64,000 nt of DNA from a virus. Location of the stretch: the IMG/VR virus record IMGVR_UViG_3300042465_007464, positions 1-64,000 of that record; one strand, written 5' to 3'. This document shows positions 1 through 8,762 of this stretch, in pieces. Positions within the stretch are counted from its first letter, which is position 1. Every line of letters starts with the position of its first letter. The notes under the pieces were generated by a model, which did not search any database, was not told the origin of the DNA, and saw only the letters and a program-made list of their open reading frames with translations. The position numbers and the translations under genes are program-made.

Positions 1-203
1 TTAGATGATCTTGGAAAGATTAAACCTACATAGCCTTCGGGAATTTCAATTGCTAAACCAGTACCATATGTTATGTTACCATTTGCATCTTTTTCACGAG
101 ATATTGCCGTAAGATCCATCCCAGCATCCCCAGCTTTTGCATAACTAGGGATAACTGCATCTGGATGTAATCTTTTTATGTTTACATTGCGATATACTAA
201 CAT
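1..203 (-). CDS. dut: dUTPase (5' part; runs off the window edge)
   Basis: Not in the ORF track. Manual translation from the ATG at 203 gives MLVYRNVNIKRLHPDAVIPSYAKAGDAGMDLTA...YGTGLAIEIPEGYVGLIFPRSS, containing trimeric dUTPase motifs 1 (AGMDL) and 2 (PRSS). Confidence 0.93.
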   Translation of the reverse strand, partial: MLVYRNVNIKRLHPDAVIPSYAKAGDAGMDLTAISREKDANGNITYGTGLAIEIPEGYVGLIFPRSS

Positions 204-216
204 CGTTTCGATTTTC

Positions 217-924
217 TTAGTTTTGTAATTGAACTAACCAATAAGTTGAATCAAAATCCGAACCAGTAAAATCAATACGAGCCAATCCTTCTGTTGATAC
301 TTGTAAATGTCCAGCATCCCCACGATTTGCTACCAATATTTCTTTCAATTTGTCTGCTGAAAAACAAGTTGGCTCGATATCAACATTACCACCATCCATT
401 TCAAATGAAATATTATCTGCATTTACTGTGGTATAATTGATAATAAATTTAATTTTACCTCCTTGAACTTGAATTGCAAAGTTTTTAGCATCAGGCAACG
501 CATTTTTTGCTTTGATGAACTTGCTAATGAATTCTTCATTGATTGGAATTGTTACTCCATAATCTGGTTCTGCGTTAATGCTTGGTACTGCAGGAATAAC
601 CGTTGTGTCAGCTAACATGAATGTTGCTTGCGTGTTATTTTCTGAAATTTTCATTGCATAATTCTTACCAGCCGCGTCTTTTACTTCGATGTTGATATTT
701 TCACCCAACGCTCCAAGCATTTTTGTCAATGCTCCGGTATGATTAATTCCCAATGAACCTTTCATGAACGGAGTTGTTTTCCATTGAATCTTTCCTACTA
801 CGGTTTGATCCATATCGATTAATTCACAACCGATACCTGTTTCATTTTCCTTAAGGATAACAGCCTCGCAATTACCTGCTAAATAGTATCGGCTGATGAA
901 TGATGTTAGTTTTGATTTTTCCAT
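217..924 (-). CDS. DNA polymerase sliding clamp (T4 gp45-like)
   Basis: 235 aa with an alternating beta/alpha pattern and a C-terminal 'STEGLARIDF...YWLV' typical of clamps; lies in the replication block. Confidence 0.75.
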   Translation of the reverse strand: MEKSKLTSFISRYYLAGNCEAVILKENETGIGCELIDMDQTVVGKIQWKTTPFMKGSLGINHTGALTKMLGALGENINIEVKDAAGKNYAMKISENNTQATFMLADTTVIPAVPSINAEPDYGVTIPINEEFISKFIKAKNALPDAKNFAIQVQGGKIKFIINYTTVNADNISFEMDGGNVDIEPTCFSADKLKEILVANRGDAGHLQVSTEGLARIDFTGSDFDSTYWLVQLQN

Positions 925-937
925 GTTTATTTATCTA

Positions 938-2200
938 TTAAAATTTAAAGAATTTATTGAAGTTTTCTGCATCTGTGGTTGAAATACTGCTACCACCGAA
1001 TTTTTTATACGTATTGATGTATTTTTCGTAGGTTTGGAATGCTGCATCTGGATCTGCAAACATTTCATGCAAAGAAAGAATTACATCATACAAATCTTTT
1101 GGCACTACTGTTTCTAACAACTCTACGTGACTATCAACTAGTTGATTGATGTCTTTTGCTGCTTCAACATATAGATGCGTATTATGAACTACCATTCTTG
1201 GCATAGCTTCTTGACTGTAACGATCCAATCCTTTTGGTGTTTTACCACCAAGCAAATCATATGTAAAGTCTTTACAAGCCGGACAATTGATGCTACAAGC
1301 AACATGTTGATTCAAATCAACTTCGCTTTGAACTGTCTTACCTTGTTTGATATGATTCTTTCTGCGATACTCAGCATTCTTTGGAAAATACAATTCCGAG
1401 AATGTTTGCGTTTTGAAATTGGTAGAATGTAAATATGTTCCAAATACTGGATATTGTCCTGGAGACGATGAATCCGTAGTTACATAAATACGATTTCCAT
1501 AATTCTTATTGATTAGTTTTTGCAACGTAGACAATATGAAGAAATCTGATATTTTGCTAATTCCTAACAAGTGAATAAATTCATTGCGTGGATTTTCAAA
1601 TTCGCGAGAGTTAAGAAGCAATGCAACCGCATACATAAAGTCTACTAATCGTTGCGGACCTCCAATCGCCCAACCATTAAAGTTAAAGTGTTTGAATTTG
1701 TTATACCACCAGGAATACTCAGCCGAGTTGGATCCTTGCAACATGTTCAAGAATTTTGTCTTACCACTTTGATGCTTTTCAAACCAAGCAAAGTTATCAA
1801 AACTAATATCCGCACATTCTGCGAATTTATTGCGATACTTGGTTTTAGGCGGAATATCTAAATTTGCTGCGACATCACTATTCGCTTCCAACCAATGAAA
1901 AATCTTTTCACGCAATTCATTGCTATAAGGCAATGCTCCTGTTGCTATCTGATAACCACCAGAGTCGCCAAATACTAGCACATCTTTTTCTAGTCCCAAT
2001 TGTTCGCGGAAATCCATTTTCTTGTAATGATGTCCTGCGGTAATTAGGAAATACGGATGTCGCCATTCTTCCGGATATCGTGAATCATAAAATTTGACAG
2101 GCGTACCATCTTCAAACTTTTGATCCTTTTTGAATGCCGAAACCATACTTCCTGCCGATAAAGAAGGAAAGTATATAAATCTTTTTTGTTCTTCGTTCAT
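938..2200 (-). CDS. dpdA: TGT-fold transglycosylase, probably DpdA-type DNA deazaguanine transglycosylase
   Basis: TGT motifs DSGGYQ, LDIPP, LQG, WAIGG, HLLG, DSSS and Zn ligands CxxxCxxC...HN; clustered with folE/queD/queE. Confidence 0.82.
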   Translation of the reverse strand: MNEEQKRFIYFPSLSAGSMVSAFKKDQKFEDGTPVKFYDSRYPEEWRHPYFLITAGHHYKKMDFREQLGLEKDVLVFGDSGGYQIATGALPYSNELREKIFHWLEANSDVAANLDIPPKTKYRNKFAECADISFDNFAWFEKHQSGKTKFLNMLQGSNSAEYSWWYNKFKHFNFNGWAIGGPQRLVDFMYAVALLLNSREFENPRNEFIHLLGISKISDFFILSTLQKLINKNYGNRIYVTTDSSSPGQYPVFGTYLHSTNFKTQTFSELYFPKNAEYRRKNHIKQGKTVQSEVDLNQHVACSINCPACKDFTYDLLGGKTPKGLDRYSQEAMPRMVVHNTHLYVEAAKDINQLVDSHVELLETVVPKDLYDVILSLHEMFADPDAAFQTYEKYINTYKKFGGSSISTTDAENFNKFFKF

Positions 2201-3207
2201 TATTTATATTCCTTAAGTTTATTAATTAAGTTCCTTGCTGAAAAGAAATTGTGATGCAATGTTGCAACTAATTCTGCAATTTCTTGAGTTAAATCTCGTT
2301 GTTCATATTCTAAAATAGCTTGAATGGCTTCATCTACTGAATTGGCACGTTTCCACATATCACCATACATTTCTTTGTATGATAAACGATTTGGAACTAT
2401 CGGTGCCGTACCGGCACAAGCCGCTTCATACATAGAAATTCCTAATGTCTCTTGTTCTGCAAAAGATACAGCAAATCTGGAACGACGAAGCAATTCGTGA
2501 TATTCTGTTTTAGATACGCCCATGTTCATTGGCACTACAAAAGTATAATCACTCAATTCAGGCCTTTGCGATAATTCTTCAAATAAATCTAAACGTTTCT
2601 CCGGAGCAATGCGATGCGGGAAGATTATCATGTTATCTTTGGAAGTAAACTTCGTGGGATGAATTAAATCTTTTGTATACTCCATTGGCCAACCCGTTTG
2701 ATAATATAAACCAGGATGCGTTTGTGTGATTAATTCATAATGTGCGTCAGATGCCAACCAATTGAAATCCAATGCGGATACAAACGACTTCTCAGCATGG
2801 CGTATCCAGGTTTTATCTTGCACGAGACGCCCCAAAAAGTCATTTGGATCATATGAACCCGCGTGCCATAGTCCGTGCATTACAACGGGAATATTTAGAA
2901 GTACACTCATATATTTTACATTGATGATACCTGGATGCCAAGCGTCTGTAAAAATTATATGGTCTCCTGCTTTAATTTCGCCTTGGGTAAACATGTACGA
3001 CAAAGAATGAACTTGTTTTGCCTTGTACATATTAGTACCACCGAAATTCAAAAATGCACCGGGAGTTGTTGCTGATGGGATATCTAAATCTCCTTCTACT
3101 ACAACTACATCAAATCCGTTTTCTCGTAACAATTTCGGGATGTGCGTTTTCCACTCACAAGTATAACGAGTTGGAACTGATTCTAAATCTACTAAAAATA
3201 TTCTCAT
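2200..3207 (-). CDS. GT-B glycosyltransferase (GT4-like)
   Basis: FPHRIAPEK and ETLGISMYEA (ExxGxxxxEA) GT-B signatures; start and stop overlap the neighbouring genes. Confidence 0.88.
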   Translation of the reverse strand: MRIFLVDLESVPTRYTCEWKTHIPKLLRENGFDVVVVEGDLDIPSATTPGAFLNFGGTNMYKAKQVHSLSYMFTQGEIKAGDHIIFTDAWHPGIINVKYMSVLLNIPVVMHGLWHAGSYDPNDFLGRLVQDKTWIRHAEKSFVSALDFNWLASDAHYELITQTHPGLYYQTGWPMEYTKDLIHPTKFTSKDNMIIFPHRIAPEKRLDLFEELSQRPELSDYTFVVPMNMGVSKTEYHELLRRSRFAVSFAEQETLGISMYEAACAGTAPIVPNRLSYKEMYGDMWKRANSVDEAIQAILEYEQRDLTQEIAELVATLHHNFFSARNLINKLKEYK

Positions 3208-3554
3208 CGTTCTATTATTGCACCGTTTTCAAAATCTTCAAATACTTCTACTTTGTATAAACTAGGAAAACTTTCCAATAACCATTCTCCAATCATCTCG
3301 CAAGACATGGATCCAAATTCCAATACATTTGTTTCAGAACCAGTAAATCCAATTCGAAGCCCCTTTTGTATTTTGCGATTCAACAAAATAAATTCTTCGT
3401 CACGATCCGTATGGGTTACCGTTGCATAACAACGAAATCCAAACATGTGTCTATGTCTATCTGATAAGAATGCTACTTCAGGAAAAATGTCTTTAGCATC
3501 AGGCCAATTATGAAAGCCTTCAATACTAAATGTAACTACTACACTATATTTCAT
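3204..3554 (-). CDS. dpdL: QueD-paralogous T-fold protein, DpdL-like (putative 7-carboxy-7-deazaguanine decarboxylase)
   Basis: Has LSDRHRHMF (LxxxHRHxF) in place of the QueD CxxxHGH motif, plus SCEM and a terminal V-x-E-D-x-E-N-G. The motif matches my recollection of the DpdL signature. Confidence 0.7.
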   Translation of the reverse strand: MKYSVVVTFSIEGFHNWPDAKDIFPEVAFLSDRHRHMFGFRCYATVTHTDRDEEFILLNRKIQKGLRIGFTGSETNVLEFGSMSCEMIGEWLLESFPSLYKVEVFEDFENGAIIER

Positions 3555-3559
3555 AACTT

Positions 3560-3588
3560 ATTATAATGAATTTATCTATTTATTCCAA
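3560..3588 (-). promoter_or_regulatory. sigma70-like early/middle promoter TTGGAA-N17-TATAAT driving dpdL-GT-dpdA-clamp-dut
   Basis: Read directly from the sequence; the same architecture with an exact 17-nt spacer recurs at 7 other gene starts. Confidence 0.7.
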
Positions 3589-3601
3589 CCGTTGTAACAG
3601 T

Positions 3602-3633
3602 AAAAAAGTGCTAATATTTCTACTAGCACCTTT
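3602..3633 (-). terminator. Intrinsic terminator
   Basis: GGTGCTAGTA-GAAA-TATTAGCACT followed by a T-tract. Confidence 0.75.
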
Positions 3634-3649
3634 AAATTTTTTATCGAAA

Positions 3650-4084
3650 TTAAATTAAATCGTCAGAATCTGGTTGATATTCCGTAACATATTCATCTTC
3701 ATCTTCATCGCAATATGCATCTACGATTCCACCCAAATGTGAACGCATTTCTTGCCATGCATTTTTACTTCTAGCTTGCATTTTATCTAATAATGCCGGC
3801 GCTTCTTGTACTAATGCATATACTGAATATGGTGCTGGTTTTTTTCTATCAGTCCATCGTTTCATTTGTTGAATAGCATGTTGTACAATTCGAAGATCTT
3901 CCATTTTTGGACGAATTAATTCGTCCGCTAAATCTTCAGCTGCACTCATTATATCGTCCGAGTTATTATATGATGCCTTTTTAGCAAATTGTAAATAACT
4001 TGGATCTGGTGATTCATTTAGATTTTTAGTTCCAAATCTGCGCATATTTTCTTTTAATAATTTTTTCAATTTAATATTTGTCAT
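3650..4084 (-). CDS. Hypothetical protein with leader LKENMRRFGTKNLNE (putative internal head protein)
   Basis: Start re-assigned to the ATG at 4084 because AAAGGA and the ATATTTATA motif lie just upstream; leader shared with 20229..20594. Confidence 0.7.
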   Translation of the reverse strand: MTNIKLKKLLKENMRRFGTKNLNESPDPSYLQFAKKASYNNSDDIMSAAEDLADELIRPKMEDLRIVQHAIQQMKRWTDRKKPAPYSVYALVQEAPALLDKMQARSKNAWQEMRSHLGGIVDAYCDEDEDEYVTEYQPDSDDLI

Positions 4085-4088
4085 TTTA

Positions 4089-4168
4089 GTATCCTTTTTT
4101 GTATAAATATCAAGCAAAAAAAAAATCGTATCCTTTTTTGTATAAATATCAAGCAAAAAAAAAAAATC
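4089..4168. repeat. Tandem duplication (39 + 41 nt) of late-promoter motif plus RBS
   Basis: gtatccttttttgtataaatatcaagc(A)n-tc occurs twice, with A-runs of 10 and 12. Confidence 0.9.
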
Positions 4169-6671
4169 ATTTTCCAAATGAAAAGAATCGTGCCGCATTA
4201 TTATTTTCTGGAAACTTACCCCAATTCAATGCAGCATAAAAGTCATCCAATTTGTTTTGCAATTCTCGTTGAAATATTTTGTTTCTGTCAATGAATTGTT
4301 CTACAAATTCTTGAGTTGGTTGTGGGTCTTGATATCCACGAAGCGCCATTGTATCGAATCCATATGGATTATCTGATAGGTATGCCCATTTAACTTTTTC
4401 ACCGTCTTGTATTGGATCGATATCAGTTACTTTGTTAGCAACTAACAAATCGTTGTAATTCATTGCGGCTTTAACATGTGCTGGAGTTCCTGATTTATAT
4501 CCACCGAACGGTTTACGTCCTTTAACATACTTGGATATTTCTTTTACTCCGGAATTTTTCATTACGTTCAATACCGGTGAATTTTTCAATCCAGATTTGA
4601 ATTTATGAATCATATCCGATGTAGATGTTTTATCTCGTTGTTTCAATATGTACCACAATGTTTCTTTCATGATAGTTTTGAAATCTTCTGGGAAACTAGA
4701 TCTTACAACGTCCAATCCTTTAATGTCTAACTTATCCGTAGGTTTACCTTCTTTGAAAATTACCCATTGTGCATATCGTTTTTTGGCAATCCATAAACCA
4801 GATTTTGCAACATATTCCTGTTTAATTTTGAATCGATGCGTTTCTGTATTGTGGAATTTCAATGAATATGGAGTATACATTTTGTTTACTAATGCTTGTA
4901 CCTCAGATGCAATTGCATTGGTTTGGTCAATCATAAATTGTTCATCCGTTTCATCGTAATCTGGATATCGTTTCGCAATCAATGGCAAACTAGAAACAAA
5001 CGTGGAATCTGTATCTGTATAAAATGCAAATTCTGCAGTTCCACCCGTTGCATTGATAAAATGTTCTTTGCCAATTTCTTGTGTGTAATGATTGTTAATC
5101 ACTTTTGCTGAAAACTTAATTACTGCTTGACCCGTTGACGTAATTGCACCTGCATTATCCAAGTCATGGAATCGGAACGTTTTAAGACCTAATACTCCAT
5201 AAAATGAATTAAGCAATACTTTTTGTGTTAACTGCAACGCATCATAAAATTTATAATCTTCGGATCCTACTTCATATTCATCGCGTTTATCTTTGTATTC
5301 GACACGTTCATCAAACCATTTTTCCAGGATAGTTGGTAAGAATCCACGAACATCGGTTCTATATACTGCTCCGTTACTTGCAACTGTATAAGCATTGTCT
5401 TGCAACCAAGTTTTAACATCTTGTGCAAATGTTCCATCAATGAATTGAACTTGCTGTGGTTCCGTTTTCAATAATAAGTCTTGATTCCAATTGTTTATTA
5501 CCGTAACTTTGGTTTCCGGCGAAATGTTCAATGTCATGATGATGCTTGGATATAGTGACGTTAAATCTAAGTCATATATCCATTTGTATAATCCTGGAAC
5601 TGGTGCCATTACATATGCACCTGCTAAATCATCAATTGATTCTTCTTCTACAAATCTAAATTGTTTGTTAGGTGCTACTAATCCGTTGCGTTTCAAATCC
5701 ACAACTGCCGCTCCATCCAAGTATTTAGATGCGTAATAAACATCTTCATATGGAACGTGTCCTTTATGACATATTGTACGTGCAAGATTCAACAATTGAA
5801 GTTTTTCATCTAAATCATAAACCAAATCAACGTCAGTCATGTTGTATTCGACAAACTTGTCAATATCCGTTGCAAATAGATGATTCAAATCTCCTTCATA
5901 TTCAACTTTACCACGATTCAATTCTTTTTTAGCAACCGTGTCTAATCGGTAATTTGCAAGTTCTGTATATGTAAATTTCTTATACAATGTCAAATAGTCT
6001 AAACTAGATACTCCAAATATTTTGTAGCGTCCTCTATGTTTATTCCATTCAACAATTCCTGCAGGAGATAATTTCTTTATGGCTTGTGCGCCTAATACAT
6101 TTTTAATGCGATTAATCAAGTATGGAATATCGTAATTGTCTGTATTCCATCCGGAAATAACGGTAGGTTGTACTTCTGCGAATATATTAATGAATCGCAT
6201 CAACATGTTAGCTTCTGTATCAAATACTTCTACATTTTCTACGGATACTTTTTGTGTTAATCGTTTTTCCGCATCTAATAGCAATACACCTTTTCTTTTA
6301 CCTGCTTTGTCGTGGTATGCTATTGATGTAATTCGTATACGTGCTTCTTCTGGTGTTGAATAGCCGTTTTCATCTCGTTCTGATTCAATATCAAAAAAGA
6401 AATCTCTATGTCCGCGAGATGGGGCATCTGATTCGTAATATAAATCAATAAGCGTTCTAACTTCTTCATTTAAGTCAGATTCGTATGCTTTTGGGTTGTC
6501 CTTGTGATTGCCAGCAACTTTGCTTAATATTGCCCCATCCAATGAACGGCAATCTCCGTTTGCATCAGGCAAATATGCGTATGGTTTGAACAAGAACTTT
6601 TGATGTCCTACTTCATCATCCCACACGTGCATCGTGCTAGTTTTTTTATCGTATGCTATATTTTGATACAT
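4167..6671 (-). CDS. Family B DNA polymerase (T4 gp43-like)
   Basis: Exonuclease motifs DIE, WNxxxYD and YNxxD; polymerase motifs DLTSLYPS, KxxLNSxYG, YTDTDS and KKRY. Confidence 0.97.
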   Translation of the reverse strand: MYQNIAYDKKTSTMHVWDDEVGHQKFLFKPYAYLPDANGDCRSLDGAILSKVAGNHKDNPKAYESDLNEEVRTLIDLYYESDAPSRGHRDFFFDIESERDENGYSTPEEARIRITSIAYHDKAGKRKGVLLLDAEKRLTQKVSVENVEVFDTEANMLMRFINIFAEVQPTVISGWNTDNYDIPYLINRIKNVLGAQAIKKLSPAGIVEWNKHRGRYKIFGVSSLDYLTLYKKFTYTELANYRLDTVAKKELNRGKVEYEGDLNHLFATDIDKFVEYNMTDVDLVYDLDEKLQLLNLARTICHKGHVPYEDVYYASKYLDGAAVVDLKRNGLVAPNKQFRFVEEESIDDLAGAYVMAPVPGLYKWIYDLDLTSLYPSIIMTLNISPETKVTVINNWNQDLLLKTEPQQVQFIDGTFAQDVKTWLQDNAYTVASNGAVYRTDVRGFLPTILEKWFDERVEYKDKRDEYEVGSEDYKFYDALQLTQKVLLNSFYGVLGLKTFRFHDLDNAGAITSTGQAVIKFSAKVINNHYTQEIGKEHFINATGGTAEFAFYTDTDSTFVSSLPLIAKRYPDYDETDEQFMIDQTNAIASEVQALVNKMYTPYSLKFHNTETHRFKIKQEYVAKSGLWIAKKRYAQWVIFKEGKPTDKLDIKGLDVVRSSFPEDFKTIMKETLWYILKQRDKTSTSDMIHKFKSGLKNSPVLNVMKNSGVKEISKYVKGRKPFGGYKSGTPAHVKAAMNYNDLLVANKVTDIDPIQDGEKVKWAYLSDNPYGFDTMALRGYQDPQPTQEFVEQFIDRNKIFQRELQNKLDDFYAALNWGKFPENNNAARFFSFGK

Positions 6672-6680
6672 TTATTTTTT

Positions 6681-7178
6681 CTAGTTAATTTTGTAAATAT
6701 CCATCAAGTTACGCTTCAATTTGTTGTCATCTAATCCGTAACCAACAACCCACTCATCTCCAATTTCAAATGCGTAATAATCTGGTTGCATGGCAGATCC
6801 ATAACGTTTCAACAACGTAACTACTTTTACTGACTTTGGCATTCTGCTATTTACCATGTGCAATGCTTCTATTATAGTAGCACCAGTATCTAAAATATCA
6901 TCCACAATGTATACGCATTTACCTTTTAAATCAGCTTCTAATCCCTTAAGAATTTGTACACCGCCTGAATTGTCTTGTCCTTCATATGATTTTAATCGAA
7001 TAAAATCCATTTCGCAATCAATTGACATCATGCTGGTTAAATCAGCAAAGAATTGATACGCTCCGTTAAGAACGCATATCATTACCGGCGGTAACTCCGA
7101 ATCGTGGTCCGTTGAAATTTGTTGTGCTACATGTGCTACCCGTGCAACAATGTCTTTTTTATCGATGAGTTTTTCCAT
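6681..7178 (-). CDS. hpt: Hypoxanthine-guanine phosphoribosyltransferase
   Basis: VLNGA, PRPP-binding VDDILDTGAT, and WVVGYGLD. Confidence 0.93.
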   Translation of the reverse strand: MEKLIDKKDIVARVAHVAQQISTDHDSELPPVMICVLNGAYQFFADLTSMMSIDCEMDFIRLKSYEGQDNSGGVQILKGLEADLKGKCVYIVDDILDTGATIIEALHMVNSRMPKSVKVVTLLKRYGSAMQPDYYAFEIGDEWVVGYGLDDNKLKRNLMDIYKIN

Positions 7179-7384
7179 AACCTGTATATTCCGTATAAGT
7201 TTATAACAATTATTACGCCACTCAATGCCAAGTGACTGTAATTCTGAATGTATACGTCATACGTAATCCATCCAATATCTCCGACAATCCATGTTAGCAT
7301 TGCCCACTTTGTGTAGCCTTTAGCGTTGGTAATGTAACCTGCCAATACCAACGCCGTGCTTATCCATCCAATAGCTTGAATCAT
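7136..7384 (-). CDS. Small 3-TM membrane protein (PnuC/SemiSWEET/PQ-loop-like)
   Basis: 82 aa with three hydrophobic helices, IGW... W..YD...N.YG..W pattern. Confidence 0.55.
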   Translation of the reverse strand: MIQAIGWISTALVLAGYITNAKGYTKWAMLTWIVGDIGWITYDVYIQNYSHLALSGVIIVINLYGIYRLWKNSSIKKTLLHG

Positions 7385-7680
7385 TCTGCTAAATTTATCA
7401 ATCCAACTTCAGATTCGCGAAGAAGAACGTATTCCATATCTTCCAATTTAATTCTTTTTTGGTCACCTAAATGTGCCGAATAAATCATTACTGTCATACC
7501 TGGTTTGGTTGTCATTGGTATACGATCGCCAGTTTGAGTAAACAATCCATCACCCGTTGCAACTACTTCACAAGTTACATATTCATCCATTCTGGACATT
7601 ACGATGATTCCACTTTTTGTTTTTGTTTCTTTTTTAATCTCTTTTACGAGAATTTGATCGCCCATTGGTTTCCAATTCAT
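7381..7680 (-). CDS. groES: Co-chaperonin GroES-like
   Basis: KPMGDQILVK, TKSGII, VVATGDG and LLRESEV. Confidence 0.92.
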   Translation of the reverse strand: MNWKPMGDQILVKEIKKETKTKSGIIVMSRMDEYVTCEVVATGDGLFTQTGDRIPMTTKPGMTVMIYSAHLGDQKRIKLEDMEYVLLRESEVGLINLAE

Positions 7681-7692
7681 AACTTATTCCTT

Positions 7693-7938
7693 TTATATGT
7701 TTAACATTTGTTTTACTGAACTAACGGTAATCATAGATCCAGTTTTTCTATCTATAATTTCGCCATTTCCTACTAATACTACAGTAGGCACGTTGCGAAT
7801 CATGTAATGTTTTGCCATGTCTGGGCTTTGATCTACATCAACATAACGTATAGGCAATCCTGCTGCTTGTAATTGTGGTTTAATTGTTTTACACGGACCG
7901 CACCACTCCGCTCCGAAATATATTAATTCTTTCACCAT
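7693..7938 (-). CDS. Thioredoxin
   Basis: WCGPC active site and cis-Pro motif VPT. Confidence 0.93.
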   Translation of the reverse strand: MVKELIYFGAEWCGPCKTIKPQLQAAGLPIRYVDVDQSPDMAKHYMIRNVPTVVLVGNGEIIDRKTGSMITVSSVKQMLNI

Positions 7939-7991
7939 GTTATTATGTATTTAATTTGATAATCTCCAAATGTAGTTGTCGTCGTCCACAT
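7932..7991 (-). CDS. Putative 19-aa micro-ORF MWTTTTTFGDYQIKYIITW
   Basis: Its ATG overlaps the queE stop (TGATG) and its stop overlaps the trx start (ATGGTGA). Confidence 0.4.
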   Translation of the reverse strand: MWTTTTTFGDYQIKYIITW

Positions 7992-8761
7992 CATACTCCC
8001 CTTTTTGTGTCCCAGGCCACGATATGGTCTCTACCTGTCATGTTGTATCCATGTTCGGCACACATTTCAAATACCAACGGATACATTTTAATCAATTCTT
8101 CTCGCGTATCGCCAGCTGGCATAATGTATGTCTTATCTCGTGGAATTTCTAAGAATAAGCGTGCCTCTTCAATTTCTTGTAAATTTTCTTCTGTACCATC
8201 CCATACCGGTTTATAATGGTAGTCTGTATGATATTCAATCATAGCACTCATTGCTGAGTAGTTCAAGCGATGTTTGTTATGTTGCGTAACCATCTTTTCA
8301 TCCGTAATTGTCCCTTGCGGCGTAGCAACACCCACCCTGGGAACGCTATTACTAAACTTAGGGCTAAGGGAAATAAGCCCAATAGGATAATCAGTCGCAA
8401 TAAAATGCGACCCTTCAGTCTCAATAGTGATAAGAATATCTCTTTCATGTGCAAAGTGTGTTAATTCGTTTACTAATGTCGGGTGCATCGTTGGACTACC
8501 ACCCGTTAACATCATTTCTTTAATATGTGGATTCTTATCATAAATATTGATGATATCATTAAATGTAAACGTACCTTTCTCCGGATGAATACTTGTGTAC
8601 CAACTATCACACCAACCTCCTTCGCCAAACCAACAACGATGTGTACATCCTGTAGTTCTAACTGCTATGGTAGGTCTGCCGAATCTTGAGCCTTCGCTTT
8701 GCACACATCGATACAATTCTACGATAGGCAATGTTTTATTGTAATCTTCTATTCTTTTCAT
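7991..8761 (-). CDS. queE: 7-carboxy-7-deazaguanine synthase (radical SAM)
   Basis: VQSEG, RTTGCTHRCWFGEGGWCDS (expanded CxxxC...C), TGGSP, IETEG and SLSPK; start at the ATG of MKRIED. Confidence 0.93.
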   Translation of the reverse strand: MKRIEDYNKTLPIVELYRCVQSEGSRFGRPTIAVRTTGCTHRCWFGEGGWCDSWYTSIHPEKGTFTFNDIINIYDKNPHIKEMMLTGGSPTMHPTLVNELTHFAHERDILITIETEGSHFIATDYPIGLISLSPKFSNSVPRVGVATPQGTITDEKMVTQHNKHRLNYSAMSAMIEYHTDYHYKPVWDGTEENLQEIEEARLFLEIPRDKTYIMPAGDTREELIKMYPLVFEMCAEHGYNMTGRDHIVAWDTKRGV

Positions 8762-8762
8762 A

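Noticed and set aside
938-2200. Ordinary tRNA-guanine transglycosylase for queuosine
   Set aside because: No queC, queF or queA in the window, the sequence is divergent, and it is embedded among DNA replication genes. Disfavoured rather than excluded.
4085-4198. N-terminal extension of ORF 3650..4198 with duplicated FFLLDIYTKKDT
   Set aside because: It is the translation of the duplicated promoter/RBS and overlaps polB; the real start is probably 4084.
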